41,943 nt of DNA from Octopus bimaculoides. Its lineage: Eukaryota. A model generated the notes under the pieces. That model was given only the letters and a program-made list of their open reading frames with translations. It ran no database searches and was not told the origin of the DNA. The DNA lies in assembly GCF_001194135.2 (NCBI RefSeq), contig NC_068993.1:36894697-36936639 (forward strand), written 5' to 3'. Below, piece after piece: positions 23,996 through 34,199 of this stretch (position 1 is the stretch's first letter; each line of letters begins with the position of its first letter). Both the position numbers and the translations under genes were made by a program.

Positions 23996-24918
23996 TAATA
24001 ATATTAATAATTCTTTCTAATTTTGGTACAATATCCACAATTTTGAGAGTTCTTGACTTGTATTTTATTTTATTAACCTTGAAAAGATAGAAAGCAAAGT
24101 TGATCTTGGTGGGATTTGAACTTAGAATTTAAAGAGCTAGAACAAACACTGCATAGTATTTTCTTTCTGATACTCTAACAAATCTGTCAGCTAACTGCTT
24201 TCACCCTGAATATAATAACAATGCTTTCTTATAACAGAACACTTTTTACCATGCTGAATATAGATGTATCAATTCTATGACATAGTTTATAACCATTCAT
24301 CTTCATCTCATTGAAAAGTTCAATGTCCTCTGATCTGACCTCACTACTTGTCTCTTGGTCTTCGCAATATGTGGAAGAAGGTTCCAGATGTTATCTTATT
24401 TCTCTTGTTCTCTAATTCATTTATGCCATTATTAATGGCAATCTCTTGAGTGATGACTGAAAGAGTGTGATTGTGATTACAAGTGCCTGAAATAGGGTTC
24501 CTGTGAAGGATCTCAGGTGATTTAGCTCTCCAGATTGAGTCGATACTTCTCCACATTGAGAGGTAACACCTCTTGTACTACAGACTTGTGATTAGCATGA
24601 TGCAAGAAAGAATTGCAAGACAAGTTCTTTAAACTGAGCCAACTGGCAGGAGACTTAATGGTAAGAGGTGGTTGGATAATATCCAGAGTCTCAGCTAGTC
24701 ACACTTGGGAATCCATCCAGAAAGTCTAATGACAGTTCCTTCTGATAGGACCCTATGGAGGAAATGCCCAAGGACTCTACTCCAACAACCCTTCCAGGAA
24801 TGAATGGACAGATAGAATCTTGTATTTCTGTAACATGAAGTTTTTTTTTCTCACATGTTGTCCTCTATATACCATGTTACTACATTAATTATGAACATTG
24901 ATATATATTTACTTGTAG

Positions 24919-24989
24919 GTATACCACCACATGTAGATACTCCTTCAGCTTTTGAAGATGGAATCGTTTCCTTAAGTCTTGGTTCTATG
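24919..24989 (+). CDS. ALKBH8: ALKBH8 coding exon 5 (GIPPHVDTPSAFEDGIVSLSLGSM; HxD iron ligands)
   Basis: Not in the ORF track; read by hand. TAG acceptor at 24916-24918, GTGAGA donor at 24990, 71 nt, phase 1-0. HVD at 24930-24938. Confidence 0.95.
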
Positions 24990-25329
24990 GTGAGATTTCT
25001 AACTATACAGAATTTTATTTTCTAAATATTATTACAAATTTTTTGTTTATTGTGTGTGTACGGTTAGAGGTCTGTAAATGTTCGTTTGCTGAAATGGCTA
25101 CAACTACTACTATTTATTATGATTGTTGCATATTGTCCAGTCACGGAATTCAGTTTCTGTAATTAATTGATCTGTATTATGTCTTTGAAGTATTTTAATA
25201 TTTAATAATTCTTCTTCGATGGAATGTGATGAAATTTTTTTTAATATTTCAAGGGAGAGAACTCTGGATTTATATTTTACAAGTTTTTTCCCTTAATTAA
25301 AGAAAATGAAAACTTCTGCGAACATATTT

Positions 25330-25927
25330 TATCTTTTGTTCCAGTCAATTCGACTTCACCCATGCTGGAGCACAGCCTTGAAGAATTTTTAGTAGAATCG
25401 AACCCAGTATTTGTTTTTTGTTAAACCTTGTATTTATTCTGTCGGTCTGTTTTGGCGAACCGTTTAGTTACAGGGACGTAAACATCCAAAACCAGTTGTC
25501 AAGCAGTAGTGACACACACACACACACACATATTTATACACGTTTCGATGTTTGCGTAGGTCTGACAGAATTTGTCGAGGCACTTTTCAATGGCTGGATG
25601 CCAAGCAAGGTAATATTTCCCCATGACCAGACAATCTCTTGTAGAATATTGGAAACAAAAGACATATGCTTGTGCTCATTTACAACCCCCACTTTGTGAA
25701 AAACTAAGAGATACAAGCACACGCATATGTATATACAAACAGGAAAAATCTATTTCTCTGCAGATTAAAAAAATGCCGAACACCATGCAAGCATGGCTGT
25801 GTGGTAAGGAGCTTGTTTCTCAACCACATGGGTCCAGGTTCAGTCCCATTGTGTGGCACCTTGGGCAAATGTCTTCTACTATAGACTTGGCTTGACCAAA
25901 TCCTTGTGTGTGGATTTGGTAGATGGA
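25330..25927. mobile_element. Type A SINE tail (- strand, 25330-25510) and CORE SINE head (+ strand, 25790-25927)
   Basis: Direct match to family modules; the head runs into the N gap. Confidence 0.7.
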
Positions 25928-26025
25928 NNNNNNNNNNNNNNNNNNNNNNNNNNNNNNNNNNNNNNNNNNNNNNNNNNNNNNNNNNNNNNNNNNNNNNNNN
26001 NNNNNNNNNNNNNNNNNNNNNNNNN

Positions 26026-26059
<34 letters not shown>

Positions 26060-26061
<2 letters not shown>

Positions 26062-26165
26062 TGGAGCCTGGTGTTGCCATCCGGTTTCACCAGTCCTCAG
26101 TCAAATTGTCCAACCCATGCTAGCATGGAAAGCGGACGTTAAACGATGATGATGATGATGATGAT
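26060..26165 (+). mobile_element. RTE-type 3' tail fragment
   Basis: ccagtcctcagtcaaattgtccaacccatgctagcatggaaagcggacgttaaacg(ATG)n. Confidence 0.85.
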
Positions 26166-26239
26166 GTATATCAATTCTGTCAGCTGACTGTTTAGTATAA
26201 TAATCTTCTAATATAATAATGAGTGTAGCGTTTTTATAT

Positions 26240-27715
26240 CATTATCATCATTTAACGTCCGTTTTCCCTACTGGCATGGGTTGGACGGTTTGACTGTGGT
26301 CTGGAGAGCCAGCGACTGCACCAGGCTCCAATCTGATCTGGCAGTGTTTCTACAGCTGGATGCCCTTCCAAATGCCAACCACTCCAAGAGTGTAGTGGGT
26401 GCTTTTTACGTACGACTGGCGCAAGAGCCAGTCAGGCGGGCCTGGCATCAATCATGTTCGGATAGTGCTTTTTATGTGCCACCAGCATGGGAGCCAGTCA
26501 GGGGGTACTAGCATCGGCCATATTCGGATTGTGCTTTTTACATACCACCAGCACAGGGGCCAGTCAGGCGGTCCTGGCATCAATCACATTTGGATAGTGC
26601 TTTTTACATGCCACTGGCACAGGAGCCAGTCAGGGGTTACTGGCATCGGCCATGTGCGGATAGTGCTTTTTATGTGTCACCAGCACGGGGGCCTGTCAGG
26701 GGGCACTGACCACAGCTGCAATTTTGGTTTTACTTGACTCTACAGGTCTTCTCAAGCATATCATATCACCCAATACATCAAGGGTACTCTTAAATGGGCT
26801 GGACATGCAACACTGGCATCGGCCATGGCTGTGATCTCACTTTAGTTCCAGGTCTTCTCAATCACAGCATAATTCCAAAGGTCTTGGCCTCCTGTCATTG
26901 TCTCTGTGAGGTCCAATGTTTGAAGGTCATGCTTCACCATCTCATTCCAAGTCTTCCTGTGTCTACTTCTTCCACAGGTTCCTTCTACTGTTAGTGAGTG
27001 GCACTTCTTCACACAGTTGTCCTCATCCATACGTAACACATGACCATACCAGCGCAGTCGTCTGTCTTGCACACCACATTTGATGCTTCTTATGTCCAAC
27101 TTTTCTCTCAGGGTGCTTACACTGTGTTGTGTATGCACACGGACATACATCCAGCAGATCATATTAGCTTCATTTCTTACTGACATTACGCATGTCCTCA
27201 GCATTCACGGCCCATGTTTCACTGCCGTGTAGCATGGCAGTTCAAACACATGCATCATACAGTCTGCCTTTCATCCTGAGTGAGAGGCCCTTAGTTGGCA
27301 GCAGAGGTAGGATCTCTTTGAACTTTGTCCAGGCTATTCTTACTCTAGCCGCTACACTTTCAGAGCAACCCCACCCCACTACAAACTTGGTCACTTAAGT
27401 AGTGGAAGCTATTAACTACTTCTCGTTTTTTTCCCCTGGCATGTGATGGAATCTGTTTTCTGTACATCTTCAGTGTTTATTGCACCTGTGCATCTGCCAC
27501 ACACAAAAACTATCTTTCTGGTTAACCTTCCTTTGATATTGCTGCCCCTTTTATGTGTCCATAGCTTACACCGGGTACATCGTATGGAGTTTTTACCCAC
27601 GCCTTTTCTACAGATCGAGCAGGGCCATCTACCTGGAGAGGTTTGTGATTTGTCAGCCTTCCTACTTACTAAGACTTTGATTTTTGCTAGGTTAACCCTA
27701 AAACCCTCCAATTCT
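26240..27715 (-). mobile_element. 5'-truncated RTE-clade LINE: PHD-like Cys module, RT C-terminus, repeat-containing 3' UTR, (GAT)n tail
   Basis: RVNLAKIKVL, CSIC...CTRC...H...CGRC, LHGSETW and RLRWYGHVLRM...GR...RKTW motifs across frameshifted ORFs, contiguous with the array, the GGAAGGGCATCC block and the tail. Confidence 0.88.
26399..26710 (+). repeat. 66-bp tandem array (~4.7 units) with A/B alternation
   Basis: Units start at 26399, 26465, 26531, 26597 and 26663. Confidence 0.9.
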
Positions 27716-28039
27716 AGACCTTATATTTGTATGTATATATATATATATTTGTCCAGAATCACGCTGGATGCGGAGGAGGAGAGAGAAAATAGTAATTCAG
27801 TGAAGGAGAAGTAGTGAGAGTAATAGCCCTGACTGAGAGGGAGTGAGAGAAAGTAATAGCAGTATGGAAAAGGAAGGGGTGAACAAAAATCAGTTTTTCA
27901 ACTCTGTGAGTATATGTGTGTATGTGTACAAGAGAAGTATGTGAATGTTTGTATGTATGATTATTATGTACCTTATTTATATAAAAACTACTACAATTAG
28001 CCGTCATTATTGATGGTACATGGTCAGCTGGTAATAATA

Positions 28040-28330
28040 AAAATCACCATTATCAATTAATGTCTGCTTTCCATGCTGGCATGGGTTAGACGGTATGACT
28101 GGAACTGGTAAGCTACAGGGCTGCACCAGGTTCCAGTCTGATTTGGCATGGTTTCTATNNNNNNNNNNGCACCAGGTTCCAGTCTGATTTGGCATGGTTT
28201 CTATGGCTGGATGCCCTTCCTAATGCCAACCACTCTGAGAGTGTAGTGGGTGCCTTTTACATGACACCAGCAAGCACAGCATATCACCAAAGGTCTCGGT
28301 CACTTGTCATTGTCTACATGAGGCTCAATA
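28040..28330 (-). mobile_element. Short 5'-truncated RTE copy
   Basis: Tail and GGATGCCCTTCCTAA block joined to ccaaaggtctcggtcacttgtcattgtct, which is the RTE ORF end. Confidence 0.7.
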
Positions 28331-28457
28331 TTATATATGTATATGTATGTATATATATACATACATATATATATAATTTCACACAAACACACACATACAC
28401 ATCTGGCAAAAATATTGATACACACTGTCAATAGAATTGTCAGAAATGTGCCTCAGC

Positions 28458-28682
28458 GAGCTGGCAGAATCATTAGCACACCGGGCGAAATGCTTAGTGG
28501 TATTTCGTCTGCCGTTACATTCTGAGTTCAAATTCCGCTGAGGTCGACTTTGCCTTTCATCCTTTCGGGGTCGATAAATTAAGTACCAGTTATACTCTGG
28601 GGTCGATGTAATCGACTTAATCCCTTTGTCTGTCCTTGTTTGTCCCCTCTATGTTTAGCCCCTTGCGGGCAATAAAGAAACG
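28458..28682 (+). mobile_element. Very young Nin/Deu-like SINE with a perfect 16-bp TSD
   Basis: TSD agaaatgtgcctcagc at 28442-28457 and 28683-28698; roughly 93% identical by eye to 20744-20974. Confidence 0.92.
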
Positions 28683-28902
28683 AGAAATGTGCCTCAGCAA
28701 AACCTGGGAACAAATCTTCAGTGACTTATTTGAGTTTTAATCGAAATGAGAAATGAGTAAAAAACAAATTATACTTTGTTTTAGAATTGATATTAATCCC
28801 ATTAATTCTTGTTGTAGAGATGTAAATGGGATGACTTTGTTGTTGCTTTTGTCAAAGAATCTTGGCAAATGGTTCATTTCCATTCTTTGTTCTTTATTTC
28901 AG

Positions 28903-29128
28903 GTTGTCATGGAGTTTCATCATTCTGATGGTCATCACAGGAGTGTAATCCTGCCACAAAGAAGTCTTCTAGTAATGACCGGAGAATCTAGATATATCTG
29001 GTCCCATGGGATCACTCCAAGAAAGTCAGACATTGTACCCCTTCCAGACAGTTCGATGACTCTGGTCAAAAGAGAAACAAGAATATCATTTACGTTTCGC
29101 AAACTAGCTTCGGAAAATTCTATGCATA
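28903..29128 (+). CDS. ALKBH8: ALKBH8 coding exon 6 ([10 protein letters not shown]...[27 protein letters not shown]...[20 protein letters not shown]); reads through to TAG at 29155-29157 if the donor is not used
   Basis: TTTCAG acceptor at 28902. LP[19 protein letters not shown] (third Fe ligand) and R-x-SFTFR (2OG arginines) are present. GTAAGC donor at 29129 (phase 1). The 3' boundary is uncertain. Confidence 0.9.
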
Positions 29129-29269
29129 GTAAGCAGAAACACTTCTTGTTGTTTTAGTAAATATTTGGATCTTAATGAACACTTCGTTATTAAGGTAGTT
29201 GCCTGTCATTGTTGTTGTTATTGTCAGCCCCAATTAAGAAAAACTACAATTAAAAGTGTTCCAACTGCA

Positions 29270-29830
29270 GCTGTCCTGAGGACTGGTGGACCAGGTGGCT
29301 ACACCAGGCTGCAATCTGATTTGGCAGAGTTTCTACAGCTGGATGCCCTTCCTAACGCCAACCACTCAGAGAGTGTAGTGGGTGCTTTTACGTGCCACCG
29401 GCATGAAGGCCAGTCAGGCGGTACTGGCAACGGCCACGGTCGAAATGGTGTATTTTATGTGCCACCTGCACAGGAGCCCCATTATTGTATATCTAACACT
29501 ACATTCTCTATCTTGATTTTTCAAAACACTCATTATCATCATCAACATTTAATGTTTGCTTTCCATGCTGGCATGGGTTTTATGGCTTGACAGGAACTGG
29601 CAAGGCCAGAAGCAGCACCAGGTTCCATAGTCTGTTTTGGATTGGTCTTTACAGCTTGAGGCTTTTCCTAATGCCAACCACTTTACAGAATGTCCTGGGT
29701 GCTTTTTACATGGCACCATCACCAGTACTTTTTACATAGCACCAGCACCAGTGCTATTTATGTGGCACCAGCACCAGTGCTATTTATGTGGCACCAGCAC
29801 TCACACCAATACTTTTATGTGGCACCTTGG
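29270..29830 (-). mobile_element. Two RTE-tail elements (29270-29480; 29530-29830, the latter with a ~26-bp array at 29699-29826)
   Basis: ggatgcccttcctaacgccaacc blocks and gtgctatttatgtggcaccagcacca units. Confidence 0.75.
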
Positions 29831-30669
29831 TTTTCAGATATCATTTCTGTCGCAATGTCCAGTCCTCATTGTGTTGTCATGGGTTGTGTGCCTCAATGAC
29901 CCTGAGGGCCATACCAGTGAAGCACAAACTCCTGATAGAACCTCCTATACTGGACAGGTCAAAAGATAGAGGCCGGACTAATATGGACCAGACCATCTCT
30001 TCTCAGAAGTAAAAATGGGTTTGCATAAGGTCAACACCCCTACCTAGAATAAAGTAAAGTTAGATGGGCATTGATAACAATTCAAAACCAACAAGAATTG
30101 GGAGCTTAGAGTCAATATTAGTAGAGAAAAGTTGTTGGTGACCTATGCTTCATAGGGAGCAAAGAGCTTAAATAAGTAAACAGGGTGATTTGAGAGTGGT
30201 TTGGTTGCTATTTCTAGCAGTTCAGTCAACCATGTAGATACTTCCTCATTGGCTTGTTATTGTTGTTGATGCTGTTGCTGTTGCTACTACTGTTGTTTTT
30301 GGGAGCCCTGTTCCATCAGAGCTATATTATAGAGGAAGCTAACAGATTAAGTATTTCCGAATGAAATCCTAGAGCCTGGTGGGATGTTTGTGCAAGATAC
30401 ACTGTGACATATTCAAGGCTTATCATACATTATGGATTGTGGTAGGAAGAGAGGACTTGTATGGGACATAATGTTTCAGAGGGTAACGGTCAAGGTAGAT
30501 TGTAATAGGTCAGTCCTGATTAAGCAGACCTATGACCATCACATATTTTTTTCACACAGTGTGGGTATGGGTGTGTGATTAAGAAGCCCGCTTCCTAACG
30601 ATATGACTGTGGTTATAGTCCCACTGTGTTCAAATTCTGGTCCTAGGGGTTAAGGGATCAAATCCAGCA

Positions 30670-31080
30670 ACATGCATTTCAGTGGATATGTTCAGTGTTT
30701 ATTGCCCTTGTACATCTGCCACACACAAAAACTATCTTCTTGGTTAACCTTCCTTTGATATTGCTGCCCCTTTTATATGTCCATAGCTTACACTGGGTAC
30801 ATCGTATGGAGTTTCTACCCATGCCTTTTCTACAGATTGAGCAGGGCCATCTACCTGAAGAGGTTTGTGATTTGTCAGCCTTCCTACTTACTAAGATTGT
30901 TTTTTTTTTTGCACATTTATTATGTAAAGTGGTTGGCACTAAAAAGGGCATCAGCTGTAGAAACCTTGCCAAAATAGACAATTGAAGACTGGTGCAGCTC
31001 TCTGGCTTGCCAGCTACTATCAATCTCTCCAACCCATTCCAGCATGGAAAATGAACGTCAAATGATGATGGTGATGATGT
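30670..31080. mobile_element. RTE PHD-like fragment (- strand, 30670-30895) plus RTE-tail element (+ strand, 30925-31080)
   Basis: SRKADKSQTSSGRWPCSICRKG...CTQC...CGRC is nearly identical to the 27412-27711 copy. Confidence 0.8.
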
Positions 31081-31144
31081 ATGTGCACACTTGTCTCTTA
31101 TTTGTGTTGTTTTTGTTACATATACACATTCACTCATTAATACA

Positions 31145-31530
31145 CACACACATGACTGTGTGGTTAAGAAATTTCCTTCCAAACCACATGGTTTGGGGCT
31201 CAGTACCACTGCATAGCACTTTCAGCAAATGTCTTCTACTATAACACTGGGCTAACCAAAGCCCTAAAACCTTGTGAGTGAATTTGGTAGATGGAAACTG
31301 AAAGAAGTTCATTGTATGTGTGCGTTTTGTCTCCTTGTTGTGATTGTGTGATTATTGGAAATTAATGACATTCTACAAAAACATGTCTGGCCATGTGGAA
31401 ATATTACCTTGCTTGGAAACAGGTGAGGGTTGGAAACAGGAAGGGCATCTGACTGTTAGAATCCTACTTTAGTAAACTCTATCTGACCCATGCAAGCACA
31501 GAATAGAGGACTTTAAAATGAGGATGATAT
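31145..31530 (+). mobile_element. Type B composite SINE: tRNA/CORE head + GGAAGGGCATC block + RTE-like tail
   Basis: The head matches type A. After the TG stretch it switches to aaaacatgtctggccatg...ggaaacaggtgagggttgg...aggaagggcatc...gacccatgcaagc...(GAT). The same 3' half occurs at 39110-39375. Confidence 0.7.
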
Positions 31531-32158
31531 ATTTTCATCTCTAACTCTGTGTTATTTTTTGTTATATGCACACACACACACACACACTCTTTTTCTCTTT
31601 TTTTCTTTTACTCTTTTCACATACAAGCACATGTTGTTGCCCCCACCACACACAAATAAACTCTTAATGCATAACACAGATTCATGAAAACATTGACCTC
31701 ACCTAAATGGTTTTTACAGCCTGTCCTTCACATGCAAGCCAATTCCGTCAGCAGCATCTATTAAATTGGTTCATAACACATTGTTCCTTTACACAAAGAA
31801 TCTACAAGTTGTTCAGTACACTCAAGTATTCTGACAGCTCTAATTCTTATAAGCTGCACTTAATTGTCTCTTCAAAATCTCAAACAAAAACCAAAACTAA
31901 AACAAAGAATAAAAGAAAACAGACAATTTGTCTCGCATCAGTGAATCCGAGGACATTTTGCCCCTCCAATCCTTATCCCTTTTTTCTTTGTATTTTCTCT
32001 TTCATAATTGAAGTTCACTGTTGTACTGCGCTAGTCATATTCTTTAACTGTGTTATTCTAAAAATACAGATCTTTGGGGTTTCCACCTTATTTTTGATCT
32101 TCCAACAAGTGCACTGTCCTGGCATACATTTGACCCATTTGAAGTCAAAGTTCCTCTT

Positions 32159-32196
<38 letters not shown>

Positions 32197-32639
32197 TTTA
32201 TTTTGTTGATTTTTCTCTTCTTTTCTTTTCTTATTATTTTATTATGTTTTTACATATGTATCTCTTCTTGAGAATTATGTTTTAAGGAATCTTACATGAA
32301 CACAGACTATTATAGCATTTGAACTAAGAACTTTTTTGATCATAAAAAAAAAATAATAAAAGCAAGTGGGGTAATAGCTTTGCACTAAAGCACCTTCCCA
32401 AATAAGTTTGTTCCCTCAAAAGGCTTTTGTCTTGAATTCTTCTAGAAAATTCTCTTCCGTCAGTGTTTCACAACAAGTGGTGAGTCACCACCAAAATGTT
32501 GTAAGCATCATTAGTTTGGTGTGAAAACAAATGATTCTACTTGCATAGATATATCACAATTCTGGGCTGTTGTTGTTGATGGTGCTGTTTAGATAAGCTA
32601 TGACCATCCCACCTTTTTTTTTTCAGTTCCATTGCAGGA

Positions 32640-32980
32640 TACCTTGGGCAAGTGTTTTCTACTATAACCCCAGGCTTACCAAAACCTTGTGAGTGGATTT
32701 AGAAGATGGAAATTGAAAGAAGCCACTACCATTACTACTCTCACTATCATTACCACCACTGGAAGTGGGGACACAAAGACACACACACACGTGGGTGTGT
32801 GTGTATAAATATATATAACAGGCTTCTTTCAGTTTCCATCTACCACATCCGCTCACAAGGTTTGGTTGGCTTGAGGCTATTGTAGAAGACACTTACCCAA
32901 GGTGCTATGCAGTGGGACTGAACCCAGAGCCATGTGGTTGGGAAGCAAACTTCTTACCACACAGCCATGCCTGCACCTAC
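32640..32980. mobile_element. Two CORE SINE heads in inverted orientation
   Basis: + strand 32641-32725 vs - strand 32818-32980. Confidence 0.75.
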
Positions 32981-33003
32981 ACACACATATCACCACCACC
33001 ACC

Positions 33004-33037
<34 letters not shown>

Positions 33038-33724
33038 TCCTTAACATATGTCTAAGTCATGTAACTTAACTCAAAAATACAATGTAGCATGAGAAAACAT
33101 TTCTTCAAAAAGTTTATTAGCTTAAGTCTGTTTTAATAAAAGATTTCTACATATTTGCAAATGTATTTTATTTGATTTTCCTTTTCAGTATTGAGTTTTA
33201 GGTGTGNNNNNNNNNNNNNNNNNNNNNNNNNNNNNNNNNNNNNNNNNNNNNNNNNNNNNNNNNNNNNNNNNNNNNNNNNNNNNNNNNNNNNNNNNNNNNN
33301 NNNNNNNNNNNNNNNNNNNNNNNNNNNNNNNNNNNNNNNNNNNNNNNNNNNNNNNNNNNNNNNNNNNNNNNNNNNNNNNNNNNNNNNNNNNNNNNNNNNN
33401 NNNNNNNNNNNNNNNNNNNNNNNNNNNNNNNNNNNNNNNNNNNNNNNNNNNNNNNNNNNNNNNNNNNNNNNNNNNNNNNNNNNNNNNNNNNNNNNNNNNN
33501 NNNNNNNNNNNNNNNNNNNNNNNNNNNNNNNNNNNNNNNNNNNNNNNNNNNNNNNNNNNNNNNNNNNNNNNNNNNNNNNNNNNNNNNNNNNNNNNNNNNN
33601 NNNNNNNNNNNNNNNNNNNNNNNNNNNNNNNNNNNNNNNNNNNNNNNNNNNNNNNNNNNNNNNNNNNNNNNNNNNNNNNNNNNNNNNNNNNNNNNNNNNA
33701 CACACACACACACACACACACACG

Positions 33725-33885
33725 ATGGGCTTCCCTCAGTTTCTGTCTACCAAATCCATTCACAAGGCTTTGGTTGGCCCAAGGCTTATAGTAGAAGACA
33801 CTTACCCAAGGTGCCACACAGTGGGACTGAACCTGGAACTGAGTGATTGAGAAACAAGCTTCTTACCACACAGCCATGCCTGCAC
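33725..33885 (-). mobile_element. CORE SINE head
   Basis: gggcttccctcagtttctgtctaccaaatcc...cttaccacacagccatgcctgc. Confidence 0.8.
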
Positions 33886-33962
33886 CCGTTATGCAATTCC
33901 TTTCATTTTGTGTCTTTTATGGGTTGTTTATTCCTTACATTTTCTACCTTTTATCTTTCCAG

Positions 33963-34005
33963 CCTCTGAAACTCTGATTCCTGCCAAAACCGCATCTGAA
34001 AATGG
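33963..34005 (+). CDS. Candidate further ALKBH8 mini-exon (T)SETLIPAKTASENG
   Basis: tttatctttccag acceptor, GTATGT donor, open in the phase-1 frame required by exon 6. No recognisable homology. Confidence 0.3.
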
Positions 34006-34199
34006 GTATGTTGTTTTTGTTTTTGTATATTTTTTAAGAAGTTTTTATTAATTATTTTACATTTTTTGGATTGTATTCTTATTCTTTGTAGGTTGCATTA
34101 GTCTTACATTTGCATAGATTTTCTTCTTGGAGAGCACCAGACTAGATGCTTTATACCATTTTGTTTTGCATCTTTGGTTTTGTGTCTAAAATCCTTCTA

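Noticed and set aside
26399-26710. CRISPR-like repeat array
   Set aside because: Whole 66-bp units are homologous (no unique spacers), there are no cas genes, and it lies in a LINE 3' UTR of a eukaryote.
28123-28204. 36-bp direct repeat
   Set aside because: The copies flank a 10-N gap exactly, which indicates an unmerged contig overlap artefact.
28753-28902. N-terminal part of the 134-aa ORF as coding
   Set aside because: Intronic; homology to ALKBH8 starts exactly after the TTTCAG acceptor at 28902.
30320-30364. Exon encoding EEANRL, resembling the human EASRLEQ linker before the MTase
   Set aside because: Wrong phase for exon 6, stops after 14 codons, and has no following VHxVY motif.
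33133-33850. Long ORFs in the track (also 8332-9115, 25704-26149, 37422-37977, 41111-41688)
   Set aside because: They consist mostly of N gaps and microsatellites.
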